Below, piece by piece: positions 56,336-64,000 of a stretch of DNA of 64,000 bases. The stretch comes from Clostridia bacterium (lineage in GTDB: Bacteria > Bacillota > Clostridia > UMGS1840), in contig JAZQGY010000015.1 of NCBI GenBank assembly GCA_045540295.1, positions 523-64,522 of the forward strand. Direction: 5' to 3'. The translations under genes were made by a program, and so were the position numbers. The number at the start of each line of letters is the position of its first letter. Position 1 is the first letter of the stretch. Below the pieces are notes generated by a model. The model did not search any database. It saw only the letters and a program-made list of their open reading frames with translations, and was not told the origin of the DNA.

Positions 56336-56583
56336 CGGCACACCCCATCGGGTGTTCTTTCCGGCTTCGCCGGATACTCTCCTAAAACTAAGAGAGGACA
56401 AGCTAAAAATTCATCTTTTCGGAGATTTACTTCCCGAAAAGATACCGACAATAAGCCCACAGGGAATCACCCGAGCTGTGCGAGGGTGCAGACTCCCGAA
56501 GCACAGCGGAATGTGTTTTTTTAAAAATTTTGGGAGACAAGGACGAGCAAAATTTTAAAAAAACGGGAATTATATAGAGAGGA

Positions 56584-57297
56584 TTGAAAAAAATGCAACC
56601 TATTTATAAAAGAGTATTGTTAAAAATCAGCGGCGAAGCTTTAGCAGGGGAAAACGGCTTCGGCTTGGATTTTAATGTAATCGGCGATATTGGTAAACAG
56701 GTGAAAAAATGCGTATCCATGGGTGTTCAGGTAGCTATCGTTGTAGGTGGCGGTAACTTCTGGAGAGGCAGAACCGGCGAAAATATGGACAGAACCCGTG
56801 CAGACCACATGGGTATGCTGGCAACTGCCATCAACTCCTTAGCCATTGCAGATTCTCTGGAAGCATTAGGCGTTCAGGCAAGAGTGCAGACCGCCATTGA
56901 TATGCGTCAGATTGCAGAACCCTATATCCGTGGCAGAGCAGAACGTCACTTAGACAAAGGCAGAGTGGTTATTTTCGGTTGCGGAACCGGGAATCCCTAT
57001 TTCTCCACCGACACTGCAGCAGCTCTTCGTGCCGCAGAAATTGGTGCAGACGTGATTTTACTTGCCAAAAAAGTGGATGCAGTGTACGATTCTGATCCGG
57101 CAGTAAACCCCGATGCGAAAAAATTCGATACCATTTCCTATATCGATGTGTTAAACAGAGGCTTAGGTGTAATGGATTCCACCGCAACCTCTCTTTGCAT
57201 GGACAACAAAATTCCGATTCATGTGTTTGGCTTATCCGAACCGGAAAATATCATTAAAGCCATCACCGGCGAAACAATAGGAACGTTAGTGAAATAG
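56584..57297 (+). CDS. pyrH: UMP kinase
   Basis: [23 protein letters not shown], and a [10 protein letters not shown]-type motif ([14 protein letters not shown]). The start could be TTG 56584 or ATG 56593. Confidence 0.92.
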   Translation: MKKMQPIYKRVLLKISGEALAGENGFGLDFNVIGDIGKQVKKCVSMGVQVAIVVGGGNFWRGRTGENMDRTRADHMGMLATAINSLAIADSLEALGVQARVQTAIDMRQIAEPYIRGRAERHLDKGRVVIFGCGTGNPYFSTDTAAALRAAEIGADVILLAKKVDAVYDSDPAVNPDAKKFDTISYIDVLNRGLGVMDSTATSLCMDNKIPIHVFGLSEPENIIKAITGETIGTLVK

Positions 57298-57394
57298 GCT
57301 TGTAAAAGAACACAGACCACAAAAAAGCAACATTTTTTATAGCCTTCCCCTTGAGGGGAAGGTGGCAAAACCGTAGGTTTTGACGGATGAGGTG
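57298..57394 (+). repeat. R3+R2 composite immediately 3' of pyrH (twin of 27561-27655)
   Basis: GGCTTGTAAAAGAACACAGACCACAAAAAAGCAACATTTTTTATAGCCTTCCCCTTGAGGGGAAGGTGGCAAAACCGTAGGTTTTGACGGATGAGGTG. Confidence 0.85.
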
Positions 57395-57402
57395 TCATTT
57401 TT

Positions 57403-57549
57403 CAAAGTGAAAATTGTTTGCAACAATTTTAGATTGTAATTGCTTTTTTGTTACGAACAAACTTCACCTCTCGGCGTACCTGTGTACGCCTTCGGGTAAC
57501 CCCTACGGGTTCAGTTTGTCCGTTCTGTGCCCTTTTCCTGCACCTTAGG
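57403..57549 (+). repeat. R1 element, B-subtype
   Basis: AAAGTGAAAATTGTTTGCAACAATTTTAGATTGTAATTGC.. AAACTTCACCTCTC GGCGTACctgtGTACGCC TTCGGGT AACCCCtaCGGGTT ..GTTCTGTGCCCTTTTCCTGCACCTTAGG. Confidence 0.8.
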
Positions 57550-57680
57550 CAGCGGCATAATAAACGACGCCAAATGGATGAACCTCATCACTCGGCGTAC
57601 AGCACGTACGCCTTCGGGCTCGTCAAGGCGTTGCCTTGATTCGATTTGTGAATTCTGCATCCATTTCTCATCACCTATGG
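57550..57680 (+). repeat. R1 element, A-subtype, directly abutting the previous copy
   Basis: ..AACCTCATCACTC GGCGTACagcacGTACGCC TTCGGGC TCGTCAAGGCgtTGCCTTGATTCG ..ATTCTGCATCCATTTCTCATCACCTATGG. Confidence 0.8.
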
Positions 57681-57841
57681 TGAGAAAGAATGTTTAGAGA
57701 ATCAACCAAGATATATTAACAAAAGAACCAAAAAACCGTAAGGATTCTAAAGATAAAATCCTTACGGTTTTTCAAGGAAATTTTTTGATTTTCCAATCCC
57801 GAAAAAATGTAGAAATATACGAAAAAACCAAGAAAAAATCA

Positions 57842-57870
57842 TTGACAATTACCTATGAAAATGATACAAT
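57842..57870 (+). promoter_or_regulatory. Sigma-A promoter (TTGACA-17-TACAAT, TG-extended) for carAB
   Basis: TTGACA at 57842-57847 and TGaTACAAT ending at 57870. Confidence 0.75.
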
Positions 57871-58036
57871 AGATAGAAAGAAATTTTAGAAGATTTCTAA
57901 AGGAGAGACCATCTCCTTTTCTAAAAAACCCGAAATCCTAAGTGATTTCGGAAAAAATTTTACCCATTTTTAAGAAAAACCGCTGATTTTGGGGTAAAGT
58001 CCCCCAAAACGGCTATGATAGATATCAAGAAAGGAT
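57871..58036 (+). promoter_or_regulatory. Hairpin-rich carAB leader (possible pyrimidine/PyrR-type attenuator)
   Basis: AAAGGAGAgaccaTCTCCTTTT, CCGAAATCctaagtGATTTCGG followed by A6T4, and TTTGGGGtaaagtCCCCAAA. The resemblance to the PyrR binding loop (..GGAGAG..) is weak. Confidence 0.35.
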
Positions 58037-58054
58037 GTGCTTTTTTTGAAAGAA

Positions 58055-59116
58055 ATGTACTTAATTCTGGAAAATAAAACAGTTTTCAAAGGCAAAAGCT
58101 TTGGTGCTTACCGTGAAGCGGTAGGCGAACTGGTGTTTTCCACCAATATGCTTGGTTATATGGATACCCTGACCGATCCTGCAAACTTCGGTCAGCTTGT
58201 GATTTCCACCTTCCCCGAAATGGGTTGCCACGGCACCATCGCGGAAGAAATGGCAGGAGAAAAGGCATCCTGTTTTGGTTATATTGTGAAAGATTGGTGT
58301 CAGTCACCGTCCAACTGGCGTATGGAGGGTGATCTTGACACTTTTTTAAAGGAAAAAGACATTCCGGGAATTTACGGCATTGATACCAGAAAGCTGACGA
58401 AAATGGTTCGTGATGCCGGCACTATGAATGCCAAAATTTCCTTTACCCCCGACTTTACCGATGATATTGCAACCTATAAAATTGTGGATGCGGTAAAATC
58501 CGTGTCCGTCCCCGAAAAGATTACCTCTATGGGTAAGGATGCCAAATATCGCGTAGTGATGTGGGATTTTGGTGCCAACAACAATATGATGAAGGCATTT
58601 TTAGATGCAGGCTGTGATGTGACCAAAGTGCCTTACAACACCCAGGCAGAAGAAATCATCGCAATGCGTCCCGACGGAGTGATTTTATCCGGAGGTCCCG
58701 GGGATCCCACCCAGTTAATTGACGTGATTACCGAAATCCGCGGGATAAAAGACATTCCCACCTTGGGAACCGGGCTGGGGCATCAGCTTTTGGCATTATC
58801 TCAAGGTGCGAAAATAGAAAAATTGAAATTCGGCCACCGTGGTGCATCCGTTCCTGTTCGGAACGAAACCACCGGAAAAGTGTATATTTCCTCTCAGAAT
58901 CACAGCTACCAGGTGGTAAACGATTCTGTAGAATCCTTTGGGAAGGTTTCCTATCGCAATGTGAATGACGGCACCGTGGAAGGCATTGACTATGCCAACA
59001 TTCCTGCCTTTTCCGTGCAGTTTAACATTGAAAGTTTCTCCGAGCCTATGCATCCGGGCTTCTTGGTAGACAGATTTGTAGAAATGATGGAGGGAAAAAA
59101 AGATGCCGTTAAATAA
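58055..59116 (+). CDS. carA: Carbamoyl-phosphate synthase small (glutaminase) subunit
   Basis: A GIDTRKLT motif and a GATase domain (the usual catalytic GxCxG position reads GTGLGHQLL here). The start could be ATG 58055 or GTG 58037. Confidence 0.85.
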   Translation: MYLILENKTVFKGKSFGAYREAVGELVFSTNMLGYMDTLTDPANFGQLVISTFPEMGCHGTIAEEMAGEKASCFGYIVKDWCQSPSNWRMEGDLDTFLKEKDIPGIYGIDTRKLTKMVRDAGTMNAKISFTPDFTDDIATYKIVDAVKSVSVPEKITSMGKDAKYRVVMWDFGANNNMMKAFLDAGCDVTKVPYNTQAEEIIAMRPDGVILSGGPGDPTQLIDVITEIRGIKDIPTLGTGLGHQLLALSQGAKIEKLKFGHRGASVPVRNETTGKVYISSQNHSYQVVNDSVESFGKVSYRNVNDGTVEGIDYANIPAFSVQFNIESFSEPMHPGFLVDRFVEMMEGKKDAVK

Positions 59117-62100
59117 GGAAATCAAAAAAGTATTAGTAATCGGATCAGGCCCTATCATCATCGGTCAGGCAGCAGAGTTTGACTATGCAGGTACCCAGGC
59201 TTGCCGCGCCCTAAAGGAAGACGGTCTGGAAGTGGTGCTGGTGAACTCCAACCCTGCAACCATTATGACCGATAGCAAGATGGCAGACAAAATCTATATT
59301 GAACCTCTGACCTTGCCTGTTATCAAAAGAATTATTGAAAAAGAAAAGCCGGACAGCCTGCTCTCCACCTTAGGGGGACAGACCGGGTTAACCTTATCCA
59401 TGCAGTTGGCAAAGGAAGGCTTTTTGGACAAGCATAACGTAAAACTTTTAGGCGCAAATCCCGAAACCATCGACAAAGCGGAAGACCGCCAGATGTTTAA
59501 GGATATGATGGAAAAAATCAATCAGCCCGTCATTCCCTCTAAGGTTGTAAATACCTTAGAAGATGCACTGGCTTTTGCACACACCATCGGCTATCCTTTA
59601 ATTATCCGTCCTGCCTTTACCTTAGGGGGTACCGGCGGCGGTATTGTCAACAATGAAGAAGAAATGATTGAGATTACCACCAACGGTCTGCGTCTTTCTC
59701 CCATTACCCAGGTTTTGGTAGAAAAATGTGTGTCCGGTTGGAAAGAAATCGAATTTGAAGTAATTCGTGACAGTAAGGGCAACTCCATCACCGTCTGCAG
59801 TATGGAAAACTTAGACCCCGTTGGGGTTCATACCGGTGACTCTATCGTAATTGCGCCGGCAGTTTCCTTATCTGATTATGAGTATTCCATGCTCCGCCGT
59901 GCAGCTTTGGATATTTTAAATGAATTAAAAATTGAAGGCGGTTGTAACTGTCAGTTTGCCTTAAATCCCGATAGCTTTGAATATGCGGTTATTGAAGTAA
60001 ACCCCAGAGTTTCCCGTTCCTCCGCATTGGCATCCAAAGCAACCGGTTATCCCATCGCAAAGGTTGCGGCAAAAATTGCCATCGGCTATCAGTTAGATGA
60101 AATTTTAAATGCAGTAACCGGCAAAACCTACGCTTGCTTTGAACCTGCCATTGACTATGTGGTAGTAAAATTCCCCAAATTCCCCTTCGATAAATTCGTG
60201 TATGCGAAACGTGACTTGGGAACCCAGATGAAGGCAACCGGGGAAGTTATGGCAATCGGCGCCACCTTTGAAGAAGCTATTATGAAAGCCGTTCGCGGTG
60301 CAGAAATTTCCAAGGATTCTATGCGTCATAAAGACTTGGTTGGTCTTTCTGACGATGTGATTATGGAAAAACTTCACCAGTGCAACGACGAGCGAATTTT
60401 CGTGGTGTATGAAGCCATTACCCGTGGCGTATCTATTGATACCATCTATGATATCACCAAAATTGACCGTTGGTTCTTATCCAAACTGGCAAATATTTTC
60501 AAAATGGAAAGCCGTTTAAAAGAAGAAACCTTAACAAAAGAACTTCACTTAGAAGCCAAGAAAATGGGCTTTTTGGATAAGGTTATCGAAAGACTGTCGG
60601 GCCAAAAAATTCCCGAAAAAATCTATGCATCCTATAAGATGGTAGACACCTGTGCCGGTGAGTTTAACGCTCAGACTCCCTACTTCTACTCTTCCTATGA
60701 GGAAGCCAACGAAGCAAGAGAGTTTATCGACAATAACCCCACCGACAAGAAAACCGTTATTGTATTCGGTTCCGGCCCCATCCGAATCGGTCAGGGGATT
60801 GAGTTTGACTATGCCTCTGTTCATTGTGTATGGGCACTGCAGGAGGCAGGCTACGAAGTGGTGATTGTGAACAACAACCCGGAAACTGTTTCCACCGACT
60901 TTGACACTGCAAACCGTCTGTATTTTGAACCCTTGAATCCCGAAGACGTCATGAACGTTATTCATACGGAAAAACCCTATGGCGTGGTAGTTGCTTTTGG
61001 TGGCGGTACTGCTATCAAATTAACCAACTTCCTCCAGGAAAACGGTGTTCGCATTTTGGGTACCGGTGCAGACAGTATTGATATGGCGGAAGACAGAGAA
61101 CGGTTTGACGATCTTCTGGAACGTTTAAACATCAAACGTCCTCAGGGCTTTACTGTGTTAACCGAAGAAGAAGCGTTGGAAACTGCAAACCGTATCGGTT
61201 ATCCCGTTTTGATTCGTCCCTCTTATGTATTGGGCGGTCAGAATATGATTATCGCCTGGAATGATTCCGATACCAAGGAATATATGAAGATTATTCTTCA
61301 CGGTCTGGACGAAAATCCCATCTTAATTGACAAATATTTAATGGGTACCGAAATTGAAGTGGATGCCATCTCCGACGGGGAAGACATTTTAATCCCCGGT
61401 ATTATGGAGCATATTGAGCGTGCAGGGGTTCACTCCGGTGACTCAATTGCGGTTTATCCGGCATTCAATTTAGATGTTCCCATGATTCAAAAAATCATTG
61501 ATTCCACCAAAAAACTGGCAGTTGCCTTAAATACCAAAGGTTTGGTAAACATCCAGTATTTGGTGTATGACAATGAATTATATGTCATTGAAGTAAATCC
61601 CCGTTCCTCCCGTACCGTTCCCTACATCAGCAAGGTTACCAAAGTTCCCATGATTGACCTGGCAACCCGTGCAATGCTGGGCGAAAAATTAAAGGATATG
61701 GGTTACGGCACCGGTCTTTACAAAAACTCTCCTTATGTGGCAGTAAAAGTGCCTGTGTTCTCCTTTGCCAAACTCTTGGGCGTGGATATCCACTTAGGAC
61801 CTGAAATGAAATCCACCGGGGAAGTTTTGGGCATTGGTGCAAACTTAGAAGAAGCACTGTATAAAGGGTTAATTGCAGCAGGTTACAAACTGCAGAAAAA
61901 AGGCGGCGTATTCATTTCCGTAAGAAATTCCGACAAAGCGGAAATCTACGGCGTGGCAAAAGGATTTTATGATTTAGGCTTCACCGTGTATGCAACTCAC
62001 GGTACCGCCAAAATTTTATCCGATGCAGGAATTCCGGTAATTCCTGTGGATAAAATTCACGAAAATGCCGAAAACAATACCTTAACCTTAATTGAAAGCG

Positions 62101-63146
62101 GAAAAGTAAACTTTGTTGTTTCTACCTCTGCAAAAGGCAGACTGCCGGAACGTGACAGTGTAAAAATCAGAAGAAAAGCAGTAGAAAGAAGCGTTCCCTG
62201 CTTCACCTCTATTGATACCGCAAATGCTGTTATTAACTCCATGAAGGGAAAATATTCTGAAGCTAGCATCGAAATTGTGGATATCAACAATATGCGTGAA
62301 GAAAAAATCGCAGTAGAATTCACCAAGATGCAGAGCTTAGGAAACGACTATATCTATTTTGACTGCTTAAATAAACAAATTGATAATCCGGAAGCTTTGG
62401 CTATCCGTCTCTCCGACCGTCACTTCGGCATCGGTGCAGACGGTGCGGTAGTCATTGAAGCTTCCAAAACCGCAGATGCGAAAATGAGAATTTTCAATTC
62501 CGACGGTACCGAAGGCAGAATGGGCGGTAACGCCATCCGTTGCGTTGGTAAATATCTGTATGACAAGGGCATCGTTCCACGCGAAGATATGGAAATTGAA
62601 ACCTTGAGCGGTGTGAAAAAGCTGAAGGTGTATCCCTTGGAAGGGGAAGTTGTGGCAGCTCGTGTGGATATGGGCAAGGCAGAAACCAAGCCGGAGCTTG
62701 TTCCCGTGGTTTCCGATAAAGAAATCGTGAAAAACGAACCCATTACCGTGGCGGGAGAAGAATTCCATGTGACCTGTGTGTCTGTGGGCAATCCCCATGC
62801 GGTCGTATTTACCGACAATTTAGACACCGTGGATATGCAAAAAGTTGGTCCCGAATTTGAATATCATCCCATGTTCCCCGACAGAGTGAATCTGGAAGTG
62901 GTTACCGTAATTGATAAAAACACCTTGAAAATGCGTGTTTGGGAACGTGGTATTGGCGAAACTTTAGCGTGCGGAACCGGTGCTTGTGCAGCAGCCGTTG
63001 CAGCAATCTTAAACGGTTACTGCGAAAAAGATACCGACATCACCGTGAAGCTTCCCGGTGGCGACTTAAAAATCCGTTACACAGATTCGTCCATTCAAAT
63101 GACTGGACCTGCAGTGAAATCCTTCGAAGGTAAGGTATCTATCTAG
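59103..63146 (+). CDS. carB: Carbamoyl-phosphate synthase large subunit fused in frame to a diaminopimelate-epimerase-like domain
   Basis: Residues 1-1063 are a complete CarB: two ATP-grasp halves and an MGS-like domain ending ..IEIVDINN. Residues 1064-1347 (from ATG 62292) read MREEKIAVEFTKMQSLGNDYIYFD...ERGIGETLACGTGACAA.., which is the DapF fold. No stop codon separates the two parts. Confidence 0.8.
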   Translation: MPLNKEIKKVLVIGSGPIIIGQAAEFDYAGTQACRALKEDGLEVVLVNSNPATIMTDSKMADKIYIEPLTLPVIKRIIEKEKPDSLLSTLGGQTGLTLSMQLAKEGFLDKHNVKLLGANPETIDKAEDRQMFKDMMEKINQPVIPSKVVNTLEDALAFAHTIGYPLIIRPAFTLGGTGGGIVNNEEEMIEITTNGLRLSPITQVLVEKCVSGWKEIEFEVIRDSKGNSITVCSMENLDPVGVHTGDSIVIAPAVSLSDYEYSMLRRAALDILNELKIEGGCNCQFALNPDSFEYAVIEVNPRVSRSSALASKATGYPIAKVAAKIAIGYQLDEILNAVTGKTYACFEPAIDYVVVKFPKFPFDKFVYAKRDLGTQMKATGEVMAIGATFEEAIMKAVRGAEISKDSMRHKDLVGLSDDVIMEKLHQCNDERIFVVYEAITRGVSIDTIYDITKIDRWFLSKLANIFKMESRLKEETLTKELHLEAKKMGFLDKVIERLSGQKIPEKIYASYKMVDTCAGEFNAQTPYFYSSYEEANEAREFIDNNPTDKKTVIVFGSGPIRIGQGIEFDYASVHCVWALQEAGYEVVIVNNNPETVSTDFDTANRLYFEPLNPEDVMNVIHTEKPYGVVVAFGGGTAIKLTNFLQENGVRILGTGADSIDMAEDRERFDDLLERLNIKRPQGFTVLTEEEALETANRIGYPVLIRPSYVLGGQNMIIAWNDSDTKEYMKIILHGLDENPILIDKYLMGTEIEVDAISDGEDILIPGIMEHIERAGVHSGDSIAVYPAFNLDVPMIQKIIDSTKKLAVALNTKGLVNIQYLVYDNELYVIEVNPRSSRTVPYISKVTKVPMIDLATRAMLGEKLKDMGYGTGLYKNSPYVAVKVPVFSFAKLLGVDIHLGPEMKSTGEVLGIGANLEEALYKGLIAAGYKLQKKGGVFISVRNSDKAEIYGVAKGFYDLGFTVYATHGTAKILSDAGIPVIPVDKIHENAENNTLTLIESGKVNFVVSTSAKGRLPERDSVKIRRKAVERSVPCFTSIDTANAVINSMKGKYSEASIEIVDINNMREEKIAVEFTKMQSLGNDYIYFDCLNKQIDNPEALAIRLSDRHFGIGADGAVVIEASKTADAKMRIFNSDGTEGRMGGNAIRCVGKYLYDKGIVPREDMEIETLSGVKKLKVYPLEGEVVAARVDMGKAETKPELVPVVSDKEIVKNEPITVAGEEFHVTCVSVGNPHAVVFTDNLDTVDMQKVGPEFEYHPMFPDRVNLEVVTVIDKNTLKMRVWERGIGETLACGTGACAAAVAAILNGYCEKDTDITVKLPGGDLKIRYTDSSIQMTGPAVKSFEGKVSI

Positions 63147-63285
63147 GCTCGATAAATGGCGCATAATCCGTGAATCTCACCGCTCGGCGTACCGTTATGC
63201 TGTACGCAGTACTACGGCTTCGGGCTTGTCAAGGCGTTGCCTTGATCTGATTTCTCCATTCTGCATCCATTTCTCATTGCCTTAC
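63147..63285 (+). repeat. R1 modular 3'UTR element directly after the carB-dapF stop
   Basis: GGCTCGATAAATGGCGCATAAT ccgtg AATCTCACCGCTC GGCGTAC..GTACGC.. CTTCGGGC TTGTCAAGGCgtTGCCTTGATC ..ATTCTGCATCCATTTCTCATTGCCTTAC. Confidence 0.85.
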
Positions 63286-63361
63286 ATCAGGTCAAATGAT
63301 AAAAGACGAAATTCTTTCGCAAAAAGCAAAGAATTTCGTCTTTTTTTTGGTACGGGCGAAA

Positions 63362-63477
63362 GCCTTCTCCTCGAGGAGAAGGGGGACCGCTTGCGGTGGA
63401 TGAGGTGGCAAGATGCGAAGAATGTTATATAACACCTCATCAGTCACTTCGTGACAGCTTCCCCTCAAGGGGAAGCC
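63362..63477 (+). mobile_element. Miniature (116 bp) two-ended derivative of the DUF559 element
   Basis: GCCTTCTCCTCGAGGAGAAGGGGGACCGCTTGCGGTGGATGAGGTG, then 25 nt, then CACCTCATCAGTCACTTCGTGACAGCTTCCCCTCAAGGGGAAGCC. Confidence 0.7.
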
Positions 63478-63524
63478 TATCAGAACAGAGCTTCTCTCCT
63501 ACAATTTTTTCTTCTAAAAAATAC

Positions 63525-63553
63525 TTGTAAATTTAAAAAATTTATGATACAAT
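63525..63553 (+). promoter_or_regulatory. Sigma-A promoter (TTGTAA-17-TGaTACAAT) with no protein gene behind it
   Basis: TTGTAA at 63525-63530 and TACAAT at 63548-63553. Confidence 0.65.
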
Positions 63554-63559
63554 AAACTT

Positions 63560-63816
63560 GCGACATAATCCTGTATATTGTACCCCAATGGGAATACTTT
63601 TGGTAAAAGGTATTTCCTCTATTTCTTATCCGTTGGGGTATGGATTATGTCGCAGCAATCGAGGATAATACTTTTTCGGTGTGTCTTCGATTGGAGGCAC
63701 ACTTTTTTATTTTTAGAAGGAAAACCGAAAACCCCGCCATTATTTTTGCAATGGAGAAAAGTTGCCGGAAGACGGAGGCTTGGATTGCAAAAATCCCGGC
63801 GGCAGTTTCTTTTTTG
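63560..63816 (+). ncRNA. Candidate structured RNA (unclassified): a 94-nt nested three-helix domain plus two terminator-like hairpins
   Basis: P1 is GCGACATAATCC (63560-71) with GGATTATGTCGC (63642-53). P2 is TACCCCAA (63581-88) with TTGGGGTA (63633-40). P3 is GGAATAC with GTATTTCC. The hairpin GTGTGTC..GGCACAC plus T6 lies at 63679-63710. The hairpin CCGCC-ATTTTTGCAAT..ATTGCAAAAAT-GGCGG plus a T-run lies at 63734-63816. Confidence 0.45.
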
Positions 63817-63863
63817 GTTCATTTTTTCTTTGCAGTCAAAGAAAAAATGAACATCATTCTATT

Positions 63864-63902
63864 AAAAATAAAAAAGAACGCTATTTTTGATAGCGTTCTT
63901 TT
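63864..63902 (-). terminator. Intrinsic terminator of the minus-strand gene entering from the right edge
   Basis: AAGAACGCTAT ttttg ATAGCGTTCTT, with a minus-sense T-run. Confidence 0.75.
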
Positions 63903-63940
63903 CATTGTGCCTTTTTTAGAAACGACACACAAGTCGTTCC

Positions 63941-64000
63941 CTACAGTTTTTCAATAACGATTGCATTGTCTTTGCAGTCTGCCGTAAAGGTATCACCTGT
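63941..64000 (-). CDS. 3' end (last 19 codons) of an unidentified minus-strand gene
   Basis: The reverse complement reads ..TGDTFTADCKDNAIVIEKL* and is followed by a hairpin and a terminator. Too short to identify. Confidence 0.4.
   Translation of the reverse strand, partial: TGDTFTADCKDNAIVIEKL

Noticed and set aside
63847-63957. A 36-aa hydrophobic peptide (MNIILLKIKKNAIFDSVLFIVPFL..) as a type I toxin downstream of the candidate RNA.
   Set aside because: It has no Shine-Dalgarno sequence. Its coding sequence is largely the bidirectional terminator hairpin of the convergent gene, so the hydrophobicity follows from T-rich terminator sequence.

Overview
This 64-kb window is the chromosomal replication-origin neighbourhood of a low-GC, spore-forming Firmicute (Clostridia-like; it has spoIIE, yaaT/ricT and SLH proteins). 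All calls rest on reading the supplied translations and the DNA by eye; no searches were run. Genes run on the minus strand up to about 29.1 kb and on the plus strand after that. Recognisable content: tRNA-Ser, trkHA, a tandem glycine riboswitch driving an alanine/glycine:cation symporter, yaaT-holB, ybeY, ilvE, gpsA, corA, mtaB, three parS sites plus parAB, serS, dnaA, oriC, dnaN, hisZGH, rnc, trpS, trmB, spoIIE, rpsB-tsf-pyrH and carAB. The most unusual signal is non-coding. (1) dnaA and oriC are bracketed by three phased arrays of a single 58-70 bp repeat family. (2) A modular hairpin element is present in ten copies, each co-oriented with the gene it follows and placed just after its stop codon. 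(3) A DUF559 gene is flanked by hairpin-bearing inverted ends, with two miniature derivatives and several solo ends. (4) A 40-nt leader module is shared by holB, dnaN and trpS, and is triplicated as 77-bp repeats upstream of holB. Protein-level oddities: an in-frame CarB-DapF fusion whose DapF part has Gly in place of the first catalytic Cys; an XRE-HTH fused to a complete desulfoferrodoxin; a ydjGHI-like SPFH/TPM/zinc-ribbon module without pspA; and a GMP synthase that lacks its amidotransferase domain.
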